Positions 8,642 to 17,705 of a DNA stretch of 63,291 nucleotides are shown one piece after another (within the stretch, counting starts at the first letter, position 1; every line of letters begins with the position of its first letter). Under the pieces are notes generated by a model that saw only the letters and a program-made list of their open reading frames with translations, ran no database searches and was not told the DNA's origin. Both the position numbers and the translations under genes were made by a program. The DNA comes from Victivallaceae bacterium (lineage in GTDB: Bacteria; Verrucomicrobiota; Lentisphaeria; Victivallales; Victivallaceae). The stretch spans positions 1-63,291 of the forward strand of contig JAQUOK010000001.1 in the NCBI GenBank assembly GCA_028717165.1, given 5' to 3'.

Positions 8642-11600
8642 ATGTTCTATAGGACGCTTATTGCCTCGAAAATGGAAATTATTGCTTTATTATTGACATT
8701 ATCAGGTATTTTTACGATTGGAGCCGGTATGGAAAAAGGAGCGGGCATATATTTCCCCATGAATGAGGGCGGCGGGGAATTTACATTTGACCGGAACGGC
8801 AGAAAGGGAATTATTCATGACGCAAAATGGGGCAAGGGCAAATTCGGATCGGGACTGTATTTTAACGGCAGGGACAGTTATGTTGAAGTAGCGGATATAA
8901 AAGATTTTAACAGTGCGGATGAGCTGACTGTCGCTGTCTGGATTAATCCCCACGGGAGCGGAAAACAAAGGAATAAACCGGTAATCTTATCTCAGGGGAA
9001 ATATAAAAAAGGCGGCTGGTATTTATTTTTCAATTCTCCTGGCGGCATTGGAATTGTCTTAAGCAACCCTGACAAAGTATATATAATATCTACAAGAGAT
9101 GGTATCCGGACAAACCAATGGCAGCATGTGGCAATTACAATGGACAAGAAGAAGGGAGCGGTTATTTATATTAACGGGGAGAAAATCTTAATAAAAAAAG
9201 AAGGATTTGAATGGTTGCCTTCCCTGTTGCCTTTATATATCGGAAAATACAGAGACAAAAATTTTGAATACGAAGGAGCCATTGATGAGCTGAGAATATA
9301 TAACCGGGTCTTAACTGCGGCGGAAGTAAAAACTTTGATTTCTCATCCGGCGGGAGAAGCCGATTCCCGGGAAAATATTCCGGTTGTCAGCCGGGTGAAA
9401 ATGCCTCCATGCGTTGACGGGGAAATCAAGAACGATGTCTGGAACACCGTCCCGGTAACCGCTTTTGACTTTAAACTCACGGGTGGAAACAACAAGAAAG
9501 CCGGTAAGCAAAGTTTTGTTTCCACAGTGTATGATGACCGGAATATTTATTTCTATTTTTACCTGCTGGAACCTGATATTGCTAAAATATCGGCTAATTA
9601 TCTACAGCGGGATTCTTCCGTCTGGGAAGACGATTGTATTGAGATTTTTCTGGATGTGAATAATGACAAAAAAAGTTATTACCATTTTATATGTAATTCT
9701 AAGGGGGTTCAGGCTGACGAATACAATCCCGGCAGGCAGGGAAAAAACCTTGCTTGGAACGGTAAATGGCAGTCAGCCGCAAAAACCGGTAAGAATTTCT
9801 GGTGCGCTGAAATCGCTATACCGTTTAAAACTTTAAGGTTGAACGAAGCTCCTGTTCGCGGAACCTGTTGGGGCGTAAGCCTGAACCGGTGTGAAACCCA
9901 GACAAAGGAGTTCAGCGGCTGGCCTGACGGTTCTTTCCATAATCCAAAGAAATTCGGTAATATTATTTTCGGCAATACCGTAATTGCCGGTTCCGGTGGA
10001 ACTCCGTTCAAGGATAATATTCTGGAGAAATTGGCCGAGATCAAAGAAAAAACCGCCGTTTCCAGACGTAGTCTTGCCGTTTTGAAAAATGTTTCCGGAC
10101 TGGCGGATGTCCGAAGCGCGTTAAGCGAAATAGCCGGACAGCGTTTGGCAATTGCAAATGATTTGGCAAAACTGAAAAAAGATAAGGATATAATTGCAAG
10201 CGAATGGTCACAAATCGATAATAAACTTGTACAAATGAAGATGCGGCTGAACGTCAGTGAAATAAAGCTTGAAATTACCGGGCTGTATGATAAAATCCGG
10301 GAAAAAGTTCCGCTCGTTGCCGGAGCAAAAGGAAATGTTTCTCAAACGCTTCTCAAAATTGCGGCAAAAGCGGAGTCTGCTAAGATGTCCGCCGCTGATG
10401 AAAAATATTATACGCGGATAAAACACAAAATTTACCGGCTTTTTTATAAGCAGCCGTATCTGATCTGGATGAAAAGTCCCTGGAAAAACCTGGCGCCCGA
10501 CCAGCTTCCTCCCGTAACGGCGGAAAGTCTGAAAAAAATAAATATGTCCATGGCAATAAACGAAACCAGAAGCGGTTCTTTTGTAATAACAAATTTTTCC
10601 GATAAAGGATTGAGTTTCATTGTCACGGGCCAAAACGGACAAATCCCTCTCATTATAAGGGAATGCTATCCGATAAAAGCGGTCAACGGCAAATTGGTTA
10701 ATGACGCCATGCCGCTGCTGGAAACGCTGAAAGTCCCGCCTTTTCAAAGCCGGGAAGTCTGGCTGACCGCTGACAGCCGGAACCTGCGTCCGGGAAATTA
10801 TGAAACTGCGCTTTCCATAAAGGCGGATAAACTTGCCGATACTGTTAAACTGAATGTCCGGGTTTATCCGGTAACTCTGCCTGAATGCGACAAAAATTTT
10901 CCCTTTTACACATACGTCTGGGATTATCTGGATACCAAGTCGCCTGAAATACAGGAAGCCGCGGTCAAAGATTTGCGAACTCATTATATAACCGTCCCGT
11001 ATTTTAACACAGGGGCAGTTCCCTGGCCGGAATTTGATTCCGACGGCAAGATGAAAGAGATCGATTTCTCCGGATGCGACCGGGCTATTAAGCTTTGGGA
11101 AAAAGGCTCTTATAAAATGCTGGCCTGGTACTGGCATTTTCGCGTCTCGCTGAGCCGCAGCAAAAACTGTAACGCCAAACGTTTCGGCGAAAAATTCATG
11201 AGCAGTGAATGGAAAGCGAATTTTTCGGCATGGCTTTCCAAATTTGTCGCACATCTCAAGGAAAAGGGATTGACGTATGACGATTTCTATTTTCATATAT
11301 TCGATGAAACCACTTCCGATGAACTGCAGAAAACAGCTCAACTGATTAAACAAATCGATCCGGGAATAAAAATCTTTTTAGATCCTTGTGTAATCTCATT
11401 CAGGATCACAGACCGCATAAAAAATTTATTGTCTTATATCGATATCTGGAGTCCTTATTTATGGCGCTTTCTGGAAAGAAAAGAGGATTTAAAGATAATG
11501 TCCGGGAAAGGAAAATATTATTGGAATTACGCAAATCCGGTCGGGATTCCTCAATATTTCAGCAAATACCGTTTAATTCCCTGGTACACCTATAAACTGG

Positions 11601-11989
11601 GAATGCACGGCTGCGGATACTGGGCCTATCTGTGTTATGAAAAACGGAGCTGGGACCAGACTAAACAACAAAGCTGGGACATGGTTTATCTGAGCCGATA
11701 TGCGCCTGCGGATGTCAGCCGAAAGGAATTGCTGATTCCGAGCAAACGCTGGGAAGCCTGGCGTGAAGGGGTTGAAGATTATCTTTATCTGTATATTCTG
11801 GAAAAGACAATCCGGGATGCGGAAGCAAAAGGGATTGCCCTGAAGACCGTCAAATCCGCACGGGCGCTTATTGCTGAAGAAGTTAAAAAAGCAACCGGGG
11901 AAGACGCCTGTCCGGAACTGGCCGAAAAAGCCAGACTTAAACTGCTGGGTAAAATAGTTGAATTAAAGAACGAGACGAGAAAAAAATGA
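8642..11989 (+). CDS. large secreted multidomain protein: LamG/concanavalin-like + CBM9-like + DUF4091-like C-terminal domain, 1115 aa
   Basis: AAGGAGG before the ATG. N-terminal hydrophobic segment. 'DELRIYNRVLTAAEV' (LamG_3-like). 'WEDDCIEIFLD...YYHF' (CBM9/DOMON-like). Trp/Tyr-rich C-terminus 'GCGYWAY...WEAWREGVEDY' (DUF4091-like). Confidence 0.85.
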   Translation: MFYRTLIASKMEIIALLLTLSGIFTIGAGMEKGAGIYFPMNEGGGEFTFDRNGRKGIIHDAKWGKGKFGSGLYFNGRDSYVEVADIKDFNSADELTVAVWINPHGSGKQRNKPVILSQGKYKKGGWYLFFNSPGGIGIVLSNPDKVYIISTRDGIRTNQWQHVAITMDKKKGAVIYINGEKILIKKEGFEWLPSLLPLYIGKYRDKNFEYEGAIDELRIYNRVLTAAEVKTLISHPAGEADSRENIPVVSRVKMPPCVDGEIKNDVWNTVPVTAFDFKLTGGNNKKAGKQSFVSTVYDDRNIYFYFYLLEPDIAKISANYLQRDSSVWEDDCIEIFLDVNNDKKSYYHFICNSKGVQADEYNPGRQGKNLAWNGKWQSAAKTGKNFWCAEIAIPFKTLRLNEAPVRGTCWGVSLNRCETQTKEFSGWPDGSFHNPKKFGNIIFGNTVIAGSGGTPFKDNILEKLAEIKEKTAVSRRSLAVLKNVSGLADVRSALSEIAGQRLAIANDLAKLKKDKDIIASEWSQIDNKLVQMKMRLNVSEIKLEITGLYDKIREKVPLVAGAKGNVSQTLLKIAAKAESAKMSAADEKYYTRIKHKIYRLFYKQPYLIWMKSPWKNLAPDQLPPVTAESLKKINMSMAINETRSGSFVITNFSDKGLSFIVTGQNGQIPLIIRECYPIKAVNGKLVNDAMPLLETLKVPPFQSREVWLTADSRNLRPGNYETALSIKADKLADTVKLNVRVYPVTLPECDKNFPFYTYVWDYLDTKSPEIQEAAVKDLRTHYITVPYFNTGAVPWPEFDSDGKMKEIDFSGCDRAIKLWEKGSYKMLAWYWHFRVSLSRSKNCNAKRFGEKFMSSEWKANFSAWLSKFVAHLKEKGLTYDDFYFHIFDETTSDELQKTAQLIKQIDPGIKIFLDPCVISFRITDRIKNLLSYIDIWSPYLWRFLERKEDLKIMSGKGKYYWNYANPVGIPQYFSKYRLIPWYTYKLGMHGCGYWAYLCYEKRSWDQTKQQSWDMVYLSRYAPADVSRKELLIPSKRWEAWREGVEDYLYLYILEKTIRDAEAKGIALKTVKSARALIAEEVKKATGEDACPELAEKARLKLLGKIVELKNETRKK

Positions 11990-12066
11990 CGGATGAATGC
12001 GAAGAACCGGGTACTGAACCCTATTCAGGCTGTTTAGATATCCTCGGTCCGCATATGGAATAAATT

Positions 12067-13131
12067 CTACAACCACTTTTTTCTGTGGAAAAACGTTACC
12101 ATGGCAAACGCCGTCACGGTCATTATACCGAGCGCGAGAAAATAACCGTAACGCCATTTCAGTTCGGGCATGTTCGTGAAATTCATCCCGTATATGCCGG
12201 CGATAAAAGTCAGCGGAATAAATATGGTGGCAATAAGGGTCAAGACTTTCATGACTTCATTCATCCGGTTGCTGATGCTGGAAAGATAAATTTCCAGCAG
12301 CCCGGAAATCATTTCCCTGACCGATTCCGCATTATCGGAGATCAGCAGCATATGACTGTCCAGAACCTGATAATATTTCTCCGTTTCTTCGCCGATAAAC
12401 GACGAATCGTCACCGCGCATGGAATGGATCATCTCCCGCAGCGGCCAGACCGATTTCCGTATCAAAGCGGCAATGTGCTTGAGTCTCTGAAGTTCTTTCA
12501 GCAGCTCAGGGCCGGGAGAGGAAACAACTTTTTCCTCCATTTCCTCCAACTCGCCGCTTAACTGGTTGATAAACATGAAATAATAGTCCACCGCAAGGTC
12601 AAGGTGACAGAAAGCCAGATAGTCAATGCCTTTTGAACAGATCCTTCCCCTGCTTTTTTCAACCCGTTCGAGAAGCGGCTCGAAAGATGAATCTTCCGAA
12701 GCCAGGAAAGTGATCAGGGTTTTCCCCGAAGCGACAAAGCACAGCGGGGCCATTTTGAATTCCGCGCCGCCGATCATGAAGGGAAATTTCAAAACCGCGA
12801 AAAAACAGTCCCCGGAAACCGAAAACCCGGGACGCACCATTGAGCAGTTCTGGATATCTTCAAGCCAAAGGACGTCAAGTTTGAATTTTTCCCCGATAAA
12901 TTTCAGTTGTTCAACTGCGGGAACCCCATGGTAAATAAGCCAGGATATTCTGTCTTCCGCCTGCAGGGACAGGGCATTCTCAAGAGTTATACCGTTCAGG
13001 CGTTCCGCTCCCGCGGCGTTGTAGGACAGCATTTCCAGGCGGACGCCCGAACCGTTCCGGCCCTCATCCAGATATCCCGGATGTTTACCGAAGAGTTCAT
13101 ACTTTGATTTAACGGTTTTCAATTTCAGCAT
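12067..13131 (-). CDS. corA: CorA family magnesium/cobalt transporter
   Basis: 'YGMNF' signature followed by two C-terminal TM helices. 354 aa. Confidence 0.9.
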   Translation of the reverse strand: MLKLKTVKSKYELFGKHPGYLDEGRNGSGVRLEMLSYNAAGAERLNGITLENALSLQAEDRISWLIYHGVPAVEQLKFIGEKFKLDVLWLEDIQNCSMVRPGFSVSGDCFFAVLKFPFMIGGAEFKMAPLCFVASGKTLITFLASEDSSFEPLLERVEKSRGRICSKGIDYLAFCHLDLAVDYYFMFINQLSGELEEMEEKVVSSPGPELLKELQRLKHIAALIRKSVWPLREMIHSMRGDDSSFIGEETEKYYQVLDSHMLLISDNAESVREMISGLLEIYLSSISNRMNEVMKVLTLIATIFIPLTFIAGIYGMNFTNMPELKWRYGYFLALGIMTVTAFAMVTFFHRKKWL

Positions 13132-13975
13132 TTTCAGGCTCGCTTTTTGGGGTATCGGTTATTTCCACAGGAAAAGACGGGGTAACGGCGCCCGCGTAAA
13201 CGGTCCGGTGCGGGAACGGTATTTCAATGCCTTCTTCGTCAAAACGCTTCTTGACCTCTTTTAGAATAGAGTTGCGCAAAACCACGTAATCCGATTTCTC
13301 AAACCATACGCCGAAAAGGATTTCCTGAGAAGAATCCATAAACCCCTGGAAAATAAGGAGCGGCTCCGGCTCGTCCAGACAATACGGATTGCGCCGGGCA
13401 ATGTCTCTGAGCACTTCAAAGGCGTGTTCAACGTCATCCTTGTAGGCGATGTTGATCTTGAGGTCAAGCCGGCGGATCGGGAAACGGGTAATGTTAACGA
13501 AGGTCGCTTTCATTATTTTTTCATTCGGAATGCGGATGAGCAGGTTGTCGAAAGTCCGCAGATTGACCGAAAGCAGATCCATGGAATAGATGATGCCGAG
13601 CTGTTCTTCAGTTTTTATCAGATCCCCGATCTTAAACGGCTTTTCACAAAGCAGAAACAAGCCGGAGATGACATTTGAAAGGCTGTTCTGGGCCGCAAAG
13701 CCGACCGCGACGGCCGCAATGCCGGCAGCCCCGAAAAGCGCGGTAAGGCGGATATTCAGTTCATACATAATGGAGAGGGTAATTATGATAAAGCCGCCGT
13801 AATTGATTATTTTATACAGGATCAACCGGGTCTGCGGCGCCAGCTTTTTCCCGCCCCATATTCTGAGATAAGTATTCAGGATAAACAACAATATAACGCC
13901 GCTCAGCACTATCATCGCTATCCGGTGAATGACCGGGTGATGCGCATTATACAGTTTTAAAATTTCATCCAGCAT
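13109..13975 (-). CDS. mechanosensitive ion channel (MscS family)
   Basis: Three N-terminal TM helices, then 'PFKIGDLI...G.I..M.LLSVNLRTFDN..IRIPNEKI', typical of the MscS beta-domain. 288 aa. Confidence 0.88.
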   Translation of the reverse strand: MLDEILKLYNAHHPVIHRIAMIVLSGVILLFILNTYLRIWGGKKLAPQTRLILYKIINYGGFIIITLSIMYELNIRLTALFGAAGIAAVAVGFAAQNSLSNVISGLFLLCEKPFKIGDLIKTEEQLGIIYSMDLLSVNLRTFDNLLIRIPNEKIMKATFVNITRFPIRRLDLKINIAYKDDVEHAFEVLRDIARRNPYCLDEPEPLLIFQGFMDSSQEILFGVWFEKSDYVVLRNSILKEVKKRFDEEGIEIPFPHRTVYAGAVTPSFPVEITDTPKSEPENAEIENR

Positions 13976-13991
13976 AACATAAACCGCTTTA

Positions 13992-14783
13992 CTAAACTAT
14001 CTTGAATGATTTAAACGTAAGGGACTGAATCTGTTTCAGCTGCGGCGGGCTGAGCGTCCTGCCGCCGGGATTCAAATAACTGATTTTACTCATCCGGTCC
14101 CGGCCGGCGTAAATCAGTCTGCATTTCGAAGTTGCGGGGATACAATCCCCTTCCGGCCGGAAAAGGCCCATATATTCGGTCCGCAGGCACAAACGTTCAA
14201 AGCGCAGCATTTCCGCCGCATGGTTCTCTATTTCGATAGCGCATACCGCCTGTATCCGGGATAGAGACAATTTATCCATGGAAGCCAATACCTGTCCTTT
14301 GAGGGAATAACCCGATACGCCCTCGTCCGGTTCACCGAACCAGGTTTTTGAAAGCACCGTAAGCGGATATTCAGCCAATCTGGAACCGCAAACCGCCAGT
14401 TGGACGGATAAAGGTATGGAGCAATAGGCGGAGACAACCTGTCCCGGCATTATTTCCTGAACCATGTCCGGCTTAAGCACTACCGGACGATCCGGCAGGC
14501 GCAGGGAGAAACGGATGGAACCGCCGTCTTTACGCCAGGCGGTTTTATGCCACTGGCTTTCGAATTTATCTTTCAGCAGCTTCGAAATGCCGGAATACCG
14601 GTTCCTCATCAGCAGTTCGGATTCATCCGCGGAAAGTTTCAATTCCATTTCAAACTGACCGGCTTTAATTCCGAGATGTTTATCGGCATTCAGGTAAATA
14701 TCGGTATCCAGATATTCAGCTATGAAAGTTTCCTCGGATACCTTAAGCATTGCCGCTTCAGTTTTTACCGCCTGCTCATCCAT
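13992..14783 (-). CDS. hypothetical protein (possibly DUF432-like), 263 aa
   Basis: Long ORF, co-directional and 16 nt upstream of the MscS gene. The family assignment is only a vague recollection. Confidence 0.6.
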   Translation of the reverse strand: MDEQAVKTEAAMLKVSEETFIAEYLDTDIYLNADKHLGIKAGQFEMELKLSADESELLMRNRYSGISKLLKDKFESQWHKTAWRKDGGSIRFSLRLPDRPVVLKPDMVQEIMPGQVVSAYCSIPLSVQLAVCGSRLAEYPLTVLSKTWFGEPDEGVSGYSLKGQVLASMDKLSLSRIQAVCAIEIENHAAEMLRFERLCLRTEYMGLFRPEGDCIPATSKCRLIYAGRDRMSKISYLNPGGRTLSPPQLKQIQSLTFKSFKIV

Positions 14784-14964
14784 AGTTCATCCGTTACCGC
14801 AATTTGAAAACGCACAAAATCCCATATACCGTTAAATATATAATACGCCTGGTAAACATTCAAGAGTAATGCGCCGATTTATATAAATAGTACCGGCCTT
14901 CAAACGCATGAAACGGAGAATGCCGGCTCCTTGCACCCGGGAACGCAAGCTGCTGTGAAAAAAC

Positions 14965-14991
14965 AAAACCGCCGGTGCAACCGGCGGTTTT
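14965..14991 (-). terminator. rho-independent terminator downstream of the 15016-15759 gene
   Basis: Stem aaaaccgccgg / ccggcggtttt with loop tgcaa. On the minus strand it is followed by GTTTTTT. Confidence 0.75.
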
Positions 14992-15015
14992 GTGGATTTT
15001 AACTCAAAATATTCT

Positions 15016-15759
15016 TCAGAACTTTATATTCATAAGCGGAAGTACCGGGATGAAAGCGCCTTTAATATAGTTGACCAAACCGAACTGAACTCCGCTTTCA
15101 GTACTTACGTTCACAACCCCGAACTGGACCCCGTTTGATTTTTTCGCAGTGTTCACAAGACTCGCCTGAACTCCGTTCAGCTTTTTACAGACGTTTACAA
15201 AAGCAAACTGCATCCCGTCAACGTCATCAGCGCAGTTAACCGCAGAAGTCTGAAGTCCCATAAGATTGTCGCAGACATTTACCCCTCCGGTTTGATAACC
15301 CCATAAATTGCCGCTGATATTCACTACGGAAGCCTGCAGCCCCTGAAGTTCCTTCTGATTGTAGCATACACCGAGAGACGCCTGAATACCCTTGACGTCC
15401 CGGCTGAGGGAAGTGCCGCCCGATGCTTGGATACCCTCGATGAATTCACTGAAACACATCAGGAAACAGGCCTGTAAACCATTTATTTCGTCGGTACCGG
15501 CGACAAACCAGGATATTTCGTTACCGCAGACCCGTCCGATCCCCGTACTTATCGGCCAGCCGGTTTTCAGGCCGTAAACATTCGAATTGGCAGTTGAGCT
15601 GGGGACATCGATCCAGAAGCCGATCTGGAAAAAAGTCCAGTCATTCCTGGAGAGTCTGGCTTCTTTGCAGCCGCTCGCGTATCCGAGCGCATACGAAGGG
15701 ATTACGGCGAAAACACTAAGCAATAATACCGCCGCTGATATAATCGTTTTTTTCATCAT
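15016..15759 (-). CDS. secreted/outer-membrane repeat protein (~10 tandem 14-15-aa 'G-[ILVM]-Q-x-[SG]-x-V-N' units), 247 aa
   Basis: Signal peptide 'MMKKTIISAAVLLLSVFAV'. Repeats such as 'NGVQFGVVNV' and 'SGVQFGLVNY'. C-terminal '...LMNIKF' (terminal Phe). Confidence 0.8.
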   Translation of the reverse strand: MMKKTIISAAVLLLSVFAVIPSYALGYASGCKEARLSRNDWTFFQIGFWIDVPSSTANSNVYGLKTGWPISTGIGRVCGNEISWFVAGTDEINGLQACFLMCFSEFIEGIQASGGTSLSRDVKGIQASLGVCYNQKELQGLQASVVNISGNLWGYQTGGVNVCDNLMGLQTSAVNCADDVDGMQFAFVNVCKKLNGVQASLVNTAKKSNGVQFGVVNVSTESGVQFGLVNYIKGAFIPVLPLMNIKF

Positions 15760-15787
15760 TCTTCTCCCGATTGGTTATTTCAAGTTC

Positions 15788-16354
15788 TTAAAATTTGACA
15801 TTAATGACCGGCATCCATGGTATTAAGGCGCCTTTAATGTAATTTACGATCCCGATCTGGAAAGACTTCCCGGTGGCGATATTGACGATGCCGAGCTGCA
15901 GGCCGTTAACTTCTTCGCTCCAGTTCATGATACTGAACTGCAGGCCGTTGATAAGTTTCGCCTTGTTGAAAATACAGGAAGTCTGAATGCCGTCCACATT
16001 ATCCGTCACGGCACAGACAAGAGCCGCTTCAATACCGCAGACGGTGCTTTCGCCGGATGAAATCGGGGCTCCGACTTTTATTCCGCCGACGTTGACGTTG
16101 TTGGTTGAAGTCGGGAATCCGAACCAGAAACCGATCTGCAGGAAGTCCCATTTTTCAGGAGGAACCACAGGCGTTTGGGGCAAAACGGCGGTTTTGCCGG
16201 GTACGGCAGGCTTTTTAGTTTCGGTTTTTGGCGCAACTGCCTTTTCGGGAACAGCTTTTACGGCCGCTTTTTTATTACCCTGTTCCGCGCCCTGAACAAT
16301 ACTGAACCCTCCGAGCACTATTAACGCGATAACAATAAGTGACAGTTTTTTCAT
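15788..16354 (-). CDS. paralogous secreted repeat protein with a Pro/Lys/Ala-rich linker, 188 aa
   Basis: Signal peptide, 'WDFLQIGFWFGFPTS', 'NGLQLGIVNI', 'SFQIGIVNYIKGALIPWMPVINVKF'. AGGAGGG SD upstream. Confidence 0.8.
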   Translation of the reverse strand: MKKLSLIVIALIVLGGFSIVQGAEQGNKKAAVKAVPEKAVAPKTETKKPAVPGKTAVLPQTPVVPPEKWDFLQIGFWFGFPTSTNNVNVGGIKVGAPISSGESTVCGIEAALVCAVTDNVDGIQTSCIFNKAKLINGLQFSIMNWSEEVNGLQLGIVNIATGKSFQIGIVNYIKGALIPWMPVINVKF

Positions 16355-16796
16355 CTAACGTTTCCCTCCTGAAGGTTGTTTTTTCATGCTTAACGGAGCT
16401 TAACTGCCGAATTCAGGCTGCCTGACTCATACGATTAATCTCCTGTTTTACTAGAAAATATCGCAAAAATAATAATCTTGCAAGCAAAAAGTTCAAAAAT
16501 ATTAAAAAATCAGGAGGCTCCCATAGCCCGACGAGGCTGACAAAAGTCTTGCTTGACAGCGATTGGGACTCCCGGGACGGTTGAGACTTTTGAATTTAAC
16601 CTCAAAGTCCCATTTTCTCAAACAATGACTCTGTCGGGGCCGTCTAACCAATAAGTCAAAAAAAATCAAAAATAACGAAACCGGCGTTCAGGGCGCGACC
16701 GATCCGCCGGCAAAGCCGACAGGCGGTTAAAAGCTTGAAAAAAAACTATGCGGTGATAGATTTACGATACGGCTAATTATAAAGGAATAAACGGTC

Positions 16797-17678
16797 ATGA
16801 ACAGCAGAAAAGGAATTATTCTCGCGGGCGGCAGCGGTACCCGGCTTTATCCGACCACCCTGGTTGTTTCCAAACAGCTCTTACCGGTTTTTGACAAACC
16901 GATGATCTTTTATCCGCTGACTACTTTAATGGCGGCCGGCATCAATGAAATCCTGATCATTTCCACTCCCGCGGACACACCGAATTTTGAGCGTCTTCTG
17001 AGAGACGGTTCGCAATGGGGGCTGAATATTAAATACGCCGTCCAGCCGTCTCCGGACGGTCTGGCCCAGGCTTTTATCATCGGGGAGGAATTCATCGGTT
17101 CTTCGCCGTGCGCCATGGTTCTCGGCGATAATATTTTTTATGGTTCCGATTTCGCCCGGACGACCCGGGAAGCGGCCGGACAGGAAACCGGCGCATGCGT
17201 ATTTGCCTACCAGGTAAGTGATCCCGAACGTTACGGCGTAGTTGAATTTGATCAGGATTTCAAAGCCGTTTCACTTGAGGAAAAGCCCAAAAATCCAAAA
17301 TCCGATTATGCCGTTACCGGCCTTTATTTTTACGACAACAGTATTGTCAGGGTCGCCAAATCCATAAAACCTTCATGGCGCGGGGAACTGGAAATAACCG
17401 ATGTAAACAAAATTTACCTCAAACAGGGCCGGCTCAACGTAAAAGTGCTCGAACGCGGCACCGCCTGGCTTGACACGGGCACCCACAATTCGCTTCTGGA
17501 GGCTTCCCAGTACGTCGCCACTATCGAAAAACGACAGGGCATTAAAATTGCCTGTCCTGAAGAAATCGCCTGGCGCAACAAATGGATATCCAGGAAGCAA
17601 TTTAAGCAGCTGGCCGACAATTACGGCAAAAGTTCCTACGCCGACTATCTCCACAAGCTCCTGAAACTGGAAAGATAA
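16797..17678 (+). CDS. rfbA: glucose-1-phosphate thymidylyltransferase
   Basis: '[16 protein letters not shown]...[17 protein letters not shown]'-type N-terminus. 293 aa. Confidence 0.93.
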   Translation: MNSRKGIILAGGSGTRLYPTTLVVSKQLLPVFDKPMIFYPLTTLMAAGINEILIISTPADTPNFERLLRDGSQWGLNIKYAVQPSPDGLAQAFIIGEEFIGSSPCAMVLGDNIFYGSDFARTTREAAGQETGACVFAYQVSDPERYGVVEFDQDFKAVSLEEKPKNPKSDYAVTGLYFYDNSIVRVAKSIKPSWRGELEITDVNKIYLKQGRLNVKVLERGTAWLDTGTHNSLLEASQYVATIEKRQGIKIACPEEIAWRNKWISRKQFKQLADNYGKSSYADYLHKLLKLER

Positions 17679-17705
17679 GCTTAAAAGTTTGAAAAGACGA
17701 ACATT

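Noticed and set aside
10208-11353. 381-aa minus-strand ORF inside the 1115-aa gene
   Set aside because: It is antisense to a gene with recognisable LamG, CBM9 and DUF4091-like blocks and a strong SD. It has no start context and a Phe/Arg/Ile-rich composition.
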